64,000 nucleotides of DNA from the human T2T-CHM13v2.0 reference genome, Homo sapiens, in the NCBI RefSeq assembly GCF_009914755.1, contig NC_060925.1. One strand, 5' to 3'. Numbering within the stretch: the stretch's first letter is position 1; the number at the start of each line of letters is the position of its first letter. This document shows positions 1 through 21,756 of this stretch, piece by piece. The translations under genes were made by a program, and so were the position numbers. The notes beneath the pieces are model-generated. The model was not told the DNA's origin, did no database searches, and saw only the letters and a program-made list of their open reading frames with translations.

Positions 1-126
1 TTACCTCAGGGAACCACTGGTGCTGGATGCAAAGAACTGGTGACTTCTGCCATTCCTACTCTGTCTACACAGACGGCATCCTAATTCCACCCCATGCCAT
101 GTGTCAACACTTGTGAATCCTTGCTA

Positions 127-542
<416 letters not shown>

Positions 543-552
543 AAAGTGTCAC

Positions 553-1268
553 TGTAACCGCCCAGTGGGTTCATCCTATCCATTGCCCAGATAATAGAGC
601 TGATTTATCAAGATGGGGGAATTGCAACAGAGAAAGAGTTTAATTCACATAGAGCTGGCTAAACGGGAGACCAGAGTTTTATTATGACTCAAATCAGCCA
701 CTTGGAAACTTCAGAGGCTAGGGTTTTTCAAGGATAGTTTGGTGGGCAGGAAATGGGTGCGGCTGATCGGTTGGGGATGCAATCACAGGGGTGTGGAAAA
801 CGGTCCTCATGCGCTGAGTCTGCTTCTGGGTGGAGGGCCACAGAGGAGCTGCTAGTCCGAGTGGAGTCATCTGGTCGTCAGAAATGCAAAAGTCTGAAGA
901 GACATCTTAAAAGGTCAATCTTAGATTCTACAATAGTGATATTAATTACAGGAGTAATTGGGGAAATTGCAAATCTTGTGACCTCTGGAATAATGGCTGG
1001 TAACTGTATATGCCGGCATCTTAGCAGAATTCAGGCCCCCCTCATCCTTTTAAACTTATGACCTTTTATTTACTTTATAAAGGCAGTTTAGTTTTAGGGA
1101 GGGTTATCATTTATACTCTAAACTAAATTTCTCCCAAGTTAGTTCAGCCCATGCCCAACAATGACCAATGGCAGTTTGGAGGTTAAAGGCAAGATGGAGT
1201 TAGTTACGTCAGATCTCTTCCACTGCTATAATTTTCTCACTGTTACCATTTCTGGAAAGGTGTTTTAA
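553..1268 (-). mobile_element. Solo ERV1 LTR, LTR8/LTR8A-like
   Basis: TGTAACCGCCCAGTGGGTTCA...GGGGAATTGCAA at one end and CAGATCTCTTCCACTG...AAAGGTGTTTTAA at the other match the recalled LTR8 reverse complement; flanks TCAC/TCAG. Confidence 0.8.
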
Positions 1269-1836
1269 TCAGTACAAAAGGCAAAAGTGTGCCTCTGGCT
1301 GCCCTGAAGGTATACCAACACCCCACAGAGGGCAAGAAGGACCCAAACGCTGTTGAGACTGAGCCAGCTGTCACAAGAATGCCAGAGGGCAACAAGAGTG
1401 TGTATTAAGTGTGTGCACTGTAAGCCTGCGATGGGATGGACTGCTTCCAGGTCACATCCTGTCCTAGAGACAAGCAAGAGACTGGGGAGCCAAGCTTGTA
1501 AGGCTCCCAGCAGAATCTGTCTCATTTTAATGAAATAATAATTTTAATAAAATTATAATCACTTTAATGAAATGATGAAGACCCAGCATTACCAGTACTC
1601 TCTTTGTTGCATTCTAACCTCCTTTCCCTGGACTCATAAATCAAGCTTTACAAGAGTCGTTGAATTTCTGTACAGAAGTCCAATCATTGGGCAGGAAATG
1701 GGAGGATGGTGTTTCTGGATCCTTCTGGGAATGGGAGGAATTGTCCTGCGAATCCATTCTAGGTGCCCCCAATTCGTAGACTCCCCCGGGCACTCTTGAT
1801 GGTCCATTCAGGTTTGTTTAGAAACCCCAATGGTAG

Positions 1837-2745
1837 CGTAAACAAAAAATAAAATCCTAAGTCCTCCACTGACTGAATGGATTCCCTCTGGGCCAAGGAG
1901 ACCCCAGAAAAAAACCTTAAAAACTGAGTTTCCAGCCATGATGAGACAAGAGGTCAGACACGCCTCATTATACCTCCTCCCTTTTAGGGTTTAGACACAG
2001 CAACTGACCAGCATTCATGTTAAAGTAGACATGACAAAACTGACTCTCTGTGATAATAAGATAACAAATTATCAACAGGACAGAAGGCCAGGCCAGGCAA
2101 GGGCCTGCATCCCTACACTTAATGAATCCCTACACTTAATGAATCAACTGTGTTCTAACTGCCACAAGGCTTTTCTTTTTCTATAGCAGCCAAACAAGCA
2201 CTGGTCTCGAAATAAACAATTGGTAGCTAATCCAGCTCATAGATGCTGTGATGAGCGGACTGGTGGAACGGAACCCCTGTTCCACCAGCCATAACTACAG
2301 CTTTCATTGGACAAGAGACTGATTTCAACGATTTTCTCCAGATAAGAAGACCCCTGACCACGCATTGGTCCTGGCCAGTTTTTAGAGGCTGCACACTTCA
2401 GTGCCTTCCTGTCCTGAAAAGACCTTTTGACATATAGGGCCTCATTGTAACACATTTCAATGTTAAGACTCCACCCTAAGGTGAACATGGGTTCCATGTA
2501 ACATGCATGTTTGTTCAATACACATGCCTCAGGACCACCTTCATGAATATTCATAGCTCCTCTTATAACATGTTGAATAGGTATGTTTGGCCAACCCTAT
2601 TCAGCTTACATTCCTGTCCAAGCCCTCCTCCTTCAAAGTGCCTATCTCTGGTCTTTGCAGGATGGCCACCTTGCAGGCTGTAACGCTTTATAAGAAATAA
2701 AGTCTCCTTTCCAAACATACAGATTTGTGCATTTTTCAGTTAACA
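1837..2745 (+). mobile_element. Solo ERV1 LTR, MER4D/E-like
   Basis: (C)GTAAACAAAAAATAAAATCCTAAG start, AATAAA near the end, ...GTTAACA end; 4-bp TSD GTAG/ATAG; internal 18-bp tandem duplication near 2109-2145. Confidence 0.8.
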
Positions 2746-2865
2746 ATAGTGATGACTAAAGCTTTGTAGGAAGTTGGAGAGCGTGTTGAGCAGCCTTGCT
2801 CTTTGGCAGATAGGTCAGAGATCATTCATTCTGAACTGTGGGCCAGAAAAATCACAGTCTAGACC

Positions 2866-3541
<676 letters not shown>

Positions 3542-5250
3542 GGGCCCTGAGTGATTTTTCAATAGGGGACTATCATCTCTCACAAGCAAATGCTTTGGCA
3601 CTGGGTTATTTTGAGCTGTGCTGGGTAAATATGACCAAGAGGCAGCCCAGGCCTACACAGACTGTTTGGGTTGTGGAGGGGGCCATACTCACCTGTGCAC
3701 TGGTCTCTGAGGTCTGGGAAAACAGCACCTGCACCTGCCATTCACCAGCACACCCAGCACAGTGTCGGAGCACAGTGTCTGTACACAGTGTCAGTACACA
3801 GGCAGTGCCCGCAGAACCTTTGAAGAACACAGCATGGAATCTCAATGCTGTTCCACACGCGATTCTCTCAACCCAGGTTAGGATTTGACGCCTTCAGAGC
3901 TGAGACATCAGAAAAGTGCTCCTCAGGGTCGTTCAAGTTCATCTGCCTGTAAACCCACTGGAGAGAGAGTAAGGCTAAGGAGGTTTAATTGTATTTTTCC
4001 AGGCGAAGCCAGGAGAGATCTTCCTTAAGCTTCCTTAAAGCTTTTCTGAACCTGGAAATGAGCCAGACATTTAGGTGTGTCTTATGTTCCGTGATAGGTA
4101 GATTAACTGTAGCTGCTCCTAAAAATGATTTCAGGACAAAGATGTTATCAGATGAAGGCAAGGCCACAGATGCTTGTACTTTCTCTTTAAATAACATAAC
4201 TCAGCGTTGCCAGTTTTCCGTCGTCCGAAGGACACTTCCCTCACTCATGTAACTCAGGTTGGCCTTACCCAGAGGACTAATCCTCAACAGGCTAGGAATA
4301 TCTTAACTACCATGTCTGTCTATTAGATGCCTGAATTTTTACTTACGCAACTTCCAAGCTGTTCCAGAAAGGTTTTAATGCAATGACTGAGGACTGTGTG
4401 GTGGGGGAACTAGAAGACAGTAAAAAGAATCTCAGACTGAGAATCGGGATCCCAGATGATCGCCCTGTTTGCAAACACTCACCCACCCTGGGACCCCCTG
4501 ATTCCTTAGCAATGAGGAATCTGGGTTTCCAGCTTTGGCATTCAGTGATCTGAAATGAAAAGCCAAACAAGAGTCAAAACTGGGATATAACCTGAGAAAC
4601 CTGTATCCCATTGCAGGGCCTCTTGCTATCCTGGGACCTCAGAATGGTTTACAATTCTCCAAAGGGTAGAAGTGCAATTTGAGTGGAAGGAAATGCCTTG
4701 GGACTTTATCCTGCCCCCTAATCAATGACAAAAAGCCTTCTTCTCATCAGATGTTATACATCATCCTTTCGGGATGATACGATCAGAGTCCATTGCTGTG
4801 ATTCATTATGTCCCCAATAAACATTTTGAAGAAGAGGAAACAGCTGTCCCTTTTAAAAGACTATTTTATGCGAATCACTGTAAATAAACAGGATTTTTAA
4901 AACTCAGACTCTCTCTGAATGTTTGCTTTTCTAACATCCCTCTAAAACTTCAGCAAACTCAAGGGTAAAGCAATGCCACAGGAGCTACTAAAGCCAGTTC
5001 CTTCTCTCATTAGCGAGGTCTCCAGAGACCAACAGAAACCCCCCCATGCAACCCATGCCTCCTTCTCCAGCAGGCAGGCACTCCCACAGTGCTTCCCAAT
5101 TATCCACTCGGATAGTGTGAGGCTGCACTACCCTGCTGGATAATGGAGATATGAAGAAGAGCTAATGTGCTTCTGCCCTTGAGGACTCCACAGTCTAGCT
5201 TAGTGAGGGAGACAAGATGTGAACACATAGCACCACGTGGTGTAGTGTAG

Positions 5251-5633
5251 TGCTATGGGCTGAACTGTGACCCTCCTAAATCCGCATGTTGAAGTCCTAA
5301 CCTCTAGTACCTCAGCATGCCACTGTATTTGGAGATAGGGTCTTTGAAGAGGTAATTAAGGAAAAAGGAGGTCATCAGGGTGGGTCCTAATCTAATATGA
5401 CTGCTGTCCTTACAAGAAGAGGAGATGACACAGAAACACATGGAGGGAAGACCATGAGGATACGGGGAGAAGGCAGCCATCTGCAAGCCAAGCAGAGAGG
5501 CCTCAGGAGAAACCACCCCTGCTGACGCCTTGTTCTTGGACTTCCAGCCTCTGGAACTGTGAGTATAAATTTCTGTTGTTGAAGCTACCTAGCATGTGAA
5601 ACTTTGTTATGGCAGCCCTAGCAAATGAACACA
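5251..5633 (+). mobile_element. MaLR LTR (MLT1B/C-like)
   Basis: TGCTATGGGCTGAACTGTG start, TGTATTTGGAGATAGGGTCTTT, GGCAGCCCTAGCAAATGAACACA end. Confidence 0.8.
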
Positions 5634-6639
5634 GAGGACAATGGTGGAGTTTAGGGCTTCAGAGTAGTGGCAAGTCAAGGTCGGGAGGAATGTGGGAATT
5701 GCAGGGGGACGGTGCACCATTGTCATTGGCACCATATCGTAAACTCCTGGAGAAGTCACATCTGTGTGTTTATGTGACTGCAACTTACCTGGAAGACCAA
5801 AGCAGTGCTCTCAATCTTGGCTGCACTCCAGAGCCCCCTTAGAAGCCTTAAACCCCTGATGTCTAGGCCTCACCCTGAGAAGATCCCCCACCAGGTCGGA
5901 ATCTCTGTGGCTGAGATCCAGGCCCCCATGGAGGCTGAGCCACGAGATGGGCAGGAGAGGAGTGGATCTTGGCTGAGGGAGACACCACCAAGGAAACCGA
6001 AGGTGTAGGGACCCTGAGTCTTCCCTATTGGATTCAATTTAGGATTTCATCACTTGTATATGTAGAAATGAACAGTATATGGCTGTAGGAGGATTAACTG
6101 GAATCGATAAATGCCATTGTCATTTGCATTAATTCTCCCCACCTTAGTGTGAACGAATTCTTTTGTTTGCATCCCAGCAAGGCAGGAGGATAAGGAGGAA
6201 TGAAGAGCATTGACTTTGATTGACAATGGGCCGCATCAGGAGGCTGTAGAAGCTAGTGGAGTACTAGAACCATGAATTTGTGAGCATGCGTGATACACAC
6301 ACATATATATGCACACAATGTACACATACAGTATTTATAAAAACTTATATTTTTAATATAAAGTAAGGATTATACTGTATATTTGGTTTTTATCTGGACT
6401 TAACATTATATTCTTTAGAACATCTTTTTCAATGGCTGTTACATTTAGTTATACGTGTACTATGATTAATTTTACCATTTTCTATGTTTGACTCCCTGAA
6501 GTGGGACTGAATATAAAGTCAAACTCTATGAATTTAGTGTCAGTCCTGAACTAATACCATTTTTACCCAATCTACATTTTGACAGATTCCAAGAAACACG
6601 ATAGGTGAGTCCCTGCAAGCTTCTTTTATCCTAGAAGGA

Positions 6640-8087
<1,448 letters not shown>

Positions 8088-8089
8088 CA

Positions 8090-9062
8090 CTCTAGTTCTT
8101 TTAATTGTGTTGTTAAGGTGTCGATTTTAGATCTCTCCTGCTTTCTCTTGTGGGCATTTAGTGCTATAAATTTCCCTCTACACACTGCTTTAAATGTGTC
8201 CCAGAGATTCTGGTACAGTGTGTCTTTGTTCTCATTGGTTTCAAAGAGTATCTTTATTTCTGCCTTCATTTCGTTATTTACCCAGTAGTCATTCAGGAGC
8301 AGGTTGTTCAGTTTCCATGTAGTTGTGTGGTTTTGAGTGAGATTCTTAATCCTGAGTTCTAATTTGACTGCACTGTGGTCTGAGAGACAGTTTGTTGTGA
8401 TTTCTGTTCTTTTATATTTGCTGAGGAGTGTTTTACTTCCAACTATGTGGTCAATTTTGGAATAAGTGTGATGTGGTGCTGAGAAGAATGTATATTCTGT
8501 TGATTTGGGGTGGAGAGTTCTGTAGATGTCTATTAGGTCTGCTTGGTGCAGAGCTGAGTTCAAGTCATGGATAACCTTGTTAACTTTCTGTCTCATTGAT
8601 CTGTCTAATATTGACAGTGGGGTGTTAAAGACTCCCATTATTATTGTGTGGGAGTCTAAGTCTCTTTGTAGGTCTCTAAGGACTTGCTTTATGAATCTGG
8701 GTGCTCCTGTATTGGGTGCATATATATTTAGGATAGTTAGCTCTTCCTGTTGAATTGATCCCTTTACCATTATGTAATGGCCTTCTTTGTCTCTTTTGAT
8801 CTTTGTTGGTTTAAAGTCTGTTTTATCAGAGACGAGGATTGCAACCCCTGCTTTTTTTTTTTTGCTTTCCATTTGCCTGGTAGATCTTCCTCCATCCCTT
8901 TACTTTGAGCGTATGTGTGTCTTTGCATGTGAGATGGGTCTCCTGAATACAGCACACCGATGGGTCTTGACTCCAATTTGCCAGTCTGTATCTTTTAATT
9001 GGGGCATTTAGCCCATTTACATTTAAGGTTAATATAGTTATGTGTGAATTTGATCCTGCCAT
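8090..9062 (-). pseudogene. L1 ORF2p endonuclease domain, frameshifted and truncated
   Basis: MAGSNSHITILTLNVNGLN...CCIQETHL, then a frameshift at the T-run near 8853-8863 into [12 protein letters not shown]...NIYAPN...SKIDH...SDHSA; ends at ~8090. Confidence 0.92.
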
Positions 9063-9125
9063 TATGATGCTAGCTGGTTATTTTGCCAGTTAATTGACGC
9101 AGTTTCTTCATAGTGTCGATGGTCT

Positions 9126-10150
9126 TTACCATTTGGCATGTTTTTGCAGTGACTGGTACCAGTTGTTCCTATCCATGTTCAGTGCTTCCTTCAGGAACTC
9201 TTGTAAAGCAGGCCTGGTGGTGACAAAATCTCTCAGCACTTGCTTGTCTGTAAAGGATTTTATTTCTCCTTCACTTATGAAGCTTAGTTTGGCTGGATAT
9301 GAAATTCTGGGTTGAAAATTCTTTTCTTTAGGTATGTTGAATATTGGCCCCCACTCTCTTCTGGCTTGTAGGGTTTCTGCAGAGAGATTGGCTGTTAGTC
9401 TGATGGGCTTCCCTTTGTGGGTAACCCGACGTTTCTCTCTGGCTGCCCTTAACATTTTTTCCTTGATTTCAACCTTGGTGAATCTGACAATTATGTGTCT
9501 TGGGGTTGCTCTTCTCGAGGAGTATCTTTGTGATGTTCTCTGTATTTCCTGAATTTGAATGTTGGCCTGCCTTGCTAGGTTGGGGAAGTTCTCCTGGATA
9601 ATATCCTGAAGAGTGTTTTCTAACTTGGTTCCATTCTCCCCGTCACTTTCAGGTACACCAGTCAAACGTAGATTTTGTCTTTTCACATAGTCCCATATTT
9701 CTTGGAGGCTTCGTTCATTTCTTTTCACTCTTTTTTCTCTAATCTTGTCTTCTCGCTTTATTTCATTAATTTGATCTTCAGACACTGATATCCTTTCTTC
9801 CATCTGATCGAATTGACTATTGAAGCTTGTGTATGCTTCACAAAGTCCTCGTACTGTGGTTTTCAGCTCCATCAGGTCTTTTAAGCTCTTCTCTACACTG
9901 TTTATTCTAGTTAGCCATTTGTCTAACCTTTTTTCAAGGTTTTTAGCTTCCTTGCGATGGGTTACAAGATGCTTCTTTAGCTCGAAGAAGCTTGTTATTA
10001 CTGACCTTCTGAAGCCTACTTCTGTCAACTTGTCAAACTCATTCTCTGTCCAGTTTGGTTCCCTTGCTGGCGAGGACCTGCAATCCCTCGGAGGAGAAGA
10101 GGCGTTCTGGTTTTTGGAATTTGCAGCCTTTCTACTCTGTTTCTCCCCAT
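9126..10150 (-). pseudogene. L1 ORF1p, disrupted
   Basis: 300-aa open stretch (ENGTKLENTLQDIIQENFPNLARQ...YPAKLSF). Canonical ATGGGGAGAAAC at 10150 gives 1025 nt, which is out of frame because of a 1-bp deletion near the start. Confidence 0.92.
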
Positions 10151-10319
10151 CTTTGTGGTTTTATCTACCTTTGGTCTTTGATGTTGGTGACCTACAGATG
10201 GGGTTTTGGTGTGGATGTTCTTTTTGTTGATGTTGATGCTATTCCTTTGACAGATTATTTTTAAAAATATTTGTTAATTCATTCAAGATAATAAACCTAT
10301 TACATGTTTATACAAATAA

Positions 10320-10614
<295 letters not shown>

Positions 10615-10933
10615 ACAAATAAACAAATAAACAAAATGAAATATGACAAGAACTATACTGCATTATGTTCTTGCCCATCTCTTTAATGTCTGGCTTAGTG
10701 GAAAACAGCTGACTTCTCTGTCATATCTGCTTCTGCATTTAATGTGTTTTGATAAGTTGTTTTGGTGGAAGTATATAAAGAAAATCTTACTTTGCACAGA
10801 CATGTAGTTAGAAAATGGAGTTCAATAGCCTTTCAGATACTGAGGATTTTCTTCTTTGATTCTACATCAAAACTCAACAAGAGGTAGTTTTTAAAGGCTA
10901 GTTGCAATGTGGAATCTGAGATTTTATCAATGA

Positions 10934-11249
<316 letters not shown>

Positions 11250-11292
11250 CTTTTATATATTTTTACATTAAAATCTATCGGTCATCCTGCAC

Positions 11293-11628
11293 TTTGTTTT
11301 TGTTTTTGTTGTTGTTGTTGTTTGTTTGTTGTTTGTTAGTTTTTTAAGACAAGGTCTCACTCTGTTGCCCATGCTGTAGTACAGTGGTGCAATCATGTCT
11401 TACTGCAGCCTTGACCTATTGGGCTGGAGTGATCCTCCTGCCTCAGCCTCCTGAGTAGCTCGGACTACAGGTGCGCACCACCATGCCCAGCTAATTTTTA
11501 AAAATTTTAGCAGAGATGAGTTCTTGCCATGTTGCACAGGCTGATCTTGAACTCCTAACCTCAAGCAATCCTCCAGCCTCAGCTTCCCAAAGTGTTGGCA
11601 TTACAGGTGTGAGCCACCACACCTGGCC
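11293..11628 (-). mobile_element. AluJ
   Basis: Diverged antisense Alu, CTGCAGCCTTGACC J-type motif. Confidence 0.9.
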
Positions 11629-12084
11629 TCAGACTGCATTTTGAATGGCTCTTTTACCCACTAGCAATCTGGAAAATATTTCTTCACTGAATTGTGCAGA
11701 ATTTCCAAATAACAACATTTCACACAATATCAAAAAACCACATTCATTAATTTTACTACCAATCTCACTGGAAAACTTTTAGCAGATAAAAGTTTTCCAA
11801 AATTCTAATTTCCACTTGAAAACTTGAATTTTATCAATTGCAACATCGACAGGCTCATTTTATTCATTTTCATGAAAATGTCCATATGAACAACTCTAGT
11901 CTGTCTTTCAGTTGTTCTTTTAAGCAAAACTGATGATCCTTGAAGCTGGTTCAGCTCCGTCACATGTGCTTTCTGCAAGTTCGGCATACAGCAGCAATAC
12001 TTCATGGATACTTTGCATTTCACCACTTGGAATATTAAAGAGATCTTTATTAAAGGGTTGACACAATAAAAACTAATAGTCTTG

Positions 12085-12532
<448 letters not shown>

Positions 12533-12714
12533 TAATAGTCTTTAGTACTTCATCCAGGACATTCTTAAGTAAGAGTGGCTTTTATTTTCAACCACAAGCG
12601 TGTGGTGGGAAAGAAGACTATGACAACGACCAGTGGTAGAGTTTAGTGCCACTGCCTTGATCTATGTCCAGAAGTTTTATCCATCACTGCTTCTGCGCCA
12701 AGGGTGCAAATGGA

Positions 12715-15780
<3,066 letters not shown>

Positions 15781-16088
15781 AGATACCCTGTCACATCCAC
15801 CAAATTTTTTAAAATCATAGCTTATCTGACAGACGTGGCAGCTCATCCCTGTAATTCCAGAACTTTGGGAGGCCAAGGTGGGAGAATCGCTTGAGCTAGG
15901 AGTTTGAGACCACCCTGAGCTTCATTAAATCATTCTGATATTTCTACTGTTCAGGAAGAAGTAAAGATTTTTGTTCACTTTACACTTTAAGTTAAATATT
16001 GTAATAAAATATTCAATGTAATCTCTAAACCAGTGCTGTCCAACAGAAACAAAATGCTAGATTATATATATAGATATATATATATTTA

Positions 16089-16445
<357 letters not shown>

Positions 16446-16448
16446 AAA

Positions 16449-16607
16449 GAAGGAAGGAAAGAGAAAGAGAGAGAGAGAGAGAGAAAAGGAGGGAGGGAAG
16501 GAAGGAAGGAAGGAAGGAAGGAAGGAAGGAAGGAAGGAAGGAAGGAAGGAAGGAAGGAAGGAAGGGAGGGAGGGAAGGAAGGAAGGAAGGAAAGGAAGGA
16601 AGGAAGG
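16449..16607 (+). repeat. (GA)n/(GGAA)n microsatellite in an Alu tail
   Basis: 17 consecutive GGAA at 16496-16563 plus flanking GA/GGGA units. Confidence 0.97.
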
Positions 16608-16799
16608 ATTCTAGTAACCACATTTTAAAAGAAGACACAGGTGAAATTAGTTTTAATTATATATTTTAGAAGGCCCAGCATGGTGGCTCACACCTGTAAT
16701 CTCAGCACTTTGGAAGGCTGAGGTGGAAGGATTGCTTGAGCCCGGGAGTTCAATACCAGTCTGAGCAACATACTGAGACTCCGTCTCTAAAATATATAT

Positions 16800-18280
<1,481 letters not shown>

Positions 18281-18560
18281 CGTGTAATATTTTGCTACAT
18301 TCATAAGCCCATTTCTTACATCTGTAATAATTCTCTGACATTGCTTTTAAACAAGTCGGACACATGTCTCCCGCCCTCGCTTGCTACACTACACCAGCTG
18401 AGAAGTGTTCCTTGGAGTTGGCATAGAGGAAAATGCCAGGGAGATTAGTGAGAACGATTTCAATGCCACGTGGGGAGGCAGGGCCGAAATAGGACCACAG
18501 TGGATTGAAGACAAATGGAGGTGAGGACCCTTTGTGAAGCTGTTAAGAGTTGGAAGCAAA

Positions 18561-18856
18561 GGCCGGGCACGGTGGCTCACACCTGTAATCCCAGCACTTT
18601 GGGAGGTGGAGACGGATGGATCACAAGGTCAGGAGTTCAAGACCAGCCTGGCCAAAATGATGAAACTCCGTCTCTACTAAAAATACAAAAATTAGCCAGG
18701 CGTGGTGGTGGGCACCTGTAATCCCAGCTACTTGGGAGGCTGAAGCAGAGAATTGCTTGAACCTGGGAGGCGGAGGTTGTAGTGAGCTGAGATGGTGCCA
18801 CTGCACTCCAGCCTGGGTGACAGAGTGAGACTCCATCTCAAAAAAAAAAAAAAAAA
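18561..18856 (+). mobile_element. AluS
   Basis: Full dimer plus A-tail. Confidence 0.95.
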
Positions 18857-19759
18857 GTTGGAGACAAAAAAAAAAAAAGAAAACAACAACAAACAAACAA
18901 AGAGATGGAGACAGAAGAACCAAGAGGCAGATACAGTTTCCCAGCTTCCTGGGCCCCTCCTACAATCCCGAGAGGGTTTGTCTGCATTTCCTTCATACTT
19001 CCCATTTTAGTTTGCAGTTTTATTTGAGCCTATTCAAATCAATTTCTGCTCTAATAATATTCACCTAAGATAACCGCCTTCTTTGTGAAGGAATTCCTAC
19101 TTATCTTTAAGACAGAGCTGAAGTTTCAACTTCAATGGGATGTCTCTCAGATGCTCAGACAGATTTGTTTCCTTCTATGTGAACTTGTAACACTTTGTTT
19201 ATAATCATCTTTATTGTCTAATTTCAATACCAGGTGAGAAGCATCACTTATGACATCACATTACAATCAGTTTTTAAGATACTAATTTCTTTTAATGCCT
19301 GGGATATATTAATGGTATAGCCCCAGCAACTGTGTCTTAAATAAATAATATCAGACATTATTAGGTACTGGGCACTGTGTTTGGTGTTTATGCACATCAA
19401 CTCATCTAGCCTTTATAGCTATGAGATACATACTTTTATTATCCATTTAATAAATTACAAACTGAGGAACAGAGTAACTTGCCCAAGGTCACATAGGTAA
19501 GTACTTAGACTAGGGTTCAGATCCAGTCAGTTCCCAGAACCCTCTATTATGATATGGAGGTCATTCCCATCTTAATTTGAAACATTTATTACATTATCAT
19601 CTTAACTTGAAAGGTTTTTCCAAGGGACTCTGTCTACAATCAGAGGGAGACTGTAATTTACCTGTATATTTACATCTTGCACAGTGACTTCCACGGCTTT
19701 AGAAAGGTAAGAATGGGGTCTTAGTGTATTTGCAGGTGAACATAGCTCCCTGAGGTTGA

Positions 19760-20144
<385 letters not shown>

Positions 20145-21462
20145 TAAGCTACCTGTTGCTCAGTGTTGCCCACAGACACTGTGAGGTCGTGGTTATTACC
20201 CATTTCTTTCACCGTCTAGGATTTGTAAATATCTGTTTTTGAGAATGATGTTCACTAGTTCCACTAGTGCATATTCCCTAGTTCTCATTGATTTCCAGGC
20301 CCTGTGCTGAGCACTCTATTATTCCACGCTGTCCTCCTAGTACAGAGGAGGAAGGTCGGGCTGAGAAATATCAGGATAATGTGCATAAATTTTACATAGC
20401 CAGGAGGAGATGAAGCGAGAGTCTGACTGCAATGCACGCTCTGAACAACTGTCCTCATGAACACCACGTCACCTACGCTCTGGTCCCTGAATGTGGTCTC
20501 TCAGCTGCTCACTGGTATCCAGAGAGCCCAATCTGGGCTCTGGCTGGGTGTTGGGATGTGGTTAACCGGGTTGGAGGAAATCCTTGTTTTTCCTACGGTT
20601 GCACCGACTGGTCTTTATGTTGTGTGTGAAATCCGCCCTCCTCAAAGCACACGGAGAAGGTGCTCGTCAGCGTCCCCTGCTGGCCTCAGAATGCTAAAGA
20701 GGGTGGATTTATGGGAACTCCCGCAGCCAGCTCTGCGTGGTCACAGTATCCAACATCCAAGCAGATCCCTCTTTCTCAACAACAAACACCACTCTGTTGT
20801 AGGGTTGCTAGAGAGCTGGGCCAGCATGTGTAGGGAAATTCATACACTTCCAGCATGTGTGGGGAAATTCACACATTTCCCAAGGCTTTATTGGGGATCA
20901 TGAAGGGATTTTATTTAAGACAGAGTAAGCTACATGTGGCCAAGGGACCTTGCAAATTTAGTGGAGGCAGCCGGCAAAAAGGAAGGGGTATGGGGGTGGG
21001 GGGGGCGGTGGGGGAGGATAGGCCAGAGTCAAATCCTGGCTTCTGCGTTTATGAGCTTTGTAAATTGGTAAGTTGTTTTTCCCCATTAATTCATTGCCTT
21101 GTTTTCCCCATCTGTAAAATGGGACTAGCCATGCTCAACTGGCAGTTCTGAAACTTACCCAAGAAGATGCAGCCAAAGTTGCTCAGTAGCTCTTCAGTTA
21201 GACTGTCTGTGAAATCCACGTGTGGTTTAGACCCAAACACCCATAGCAATGGTTTGACAATTCCAAATGTAGCTGCTGAAACGAAGAAAATTAAGGGTCT
21301 AGGGGAAATCATTTTCTCTCTTGAATATGTTTCTTTAAAAAGAAAAAGAGCCTAATTTAAGTGACAATGTGTTGATTAACAGCTGGGTGTTTCTAAAGGG
21401 TTGAAAATTAAGCGCCCAGTTATCTGGTCAACTTTAAAATAAAGGCAGTTAAACACACTCTG

Positions 21463-21756
<294 letters not shown>

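Larger units (their letters stand above)
8090..10248 (-). mobile_element. L1PA (roughly L1PA7-like) fragment truncated at both ends: end of 5'UTR, ORF1, ORF2 endonuclease
   Basis: ORF1p and ORF2p EN translations are recognisable; no RT domain, 3'UTR, poly-A or TSD. Confidence 0.95.

Noticed and set aside
8090-10150. Active L1
   Set aside because: Frameshifts in ORF1 and ORF2; no promoter start, RT domain or 3' end
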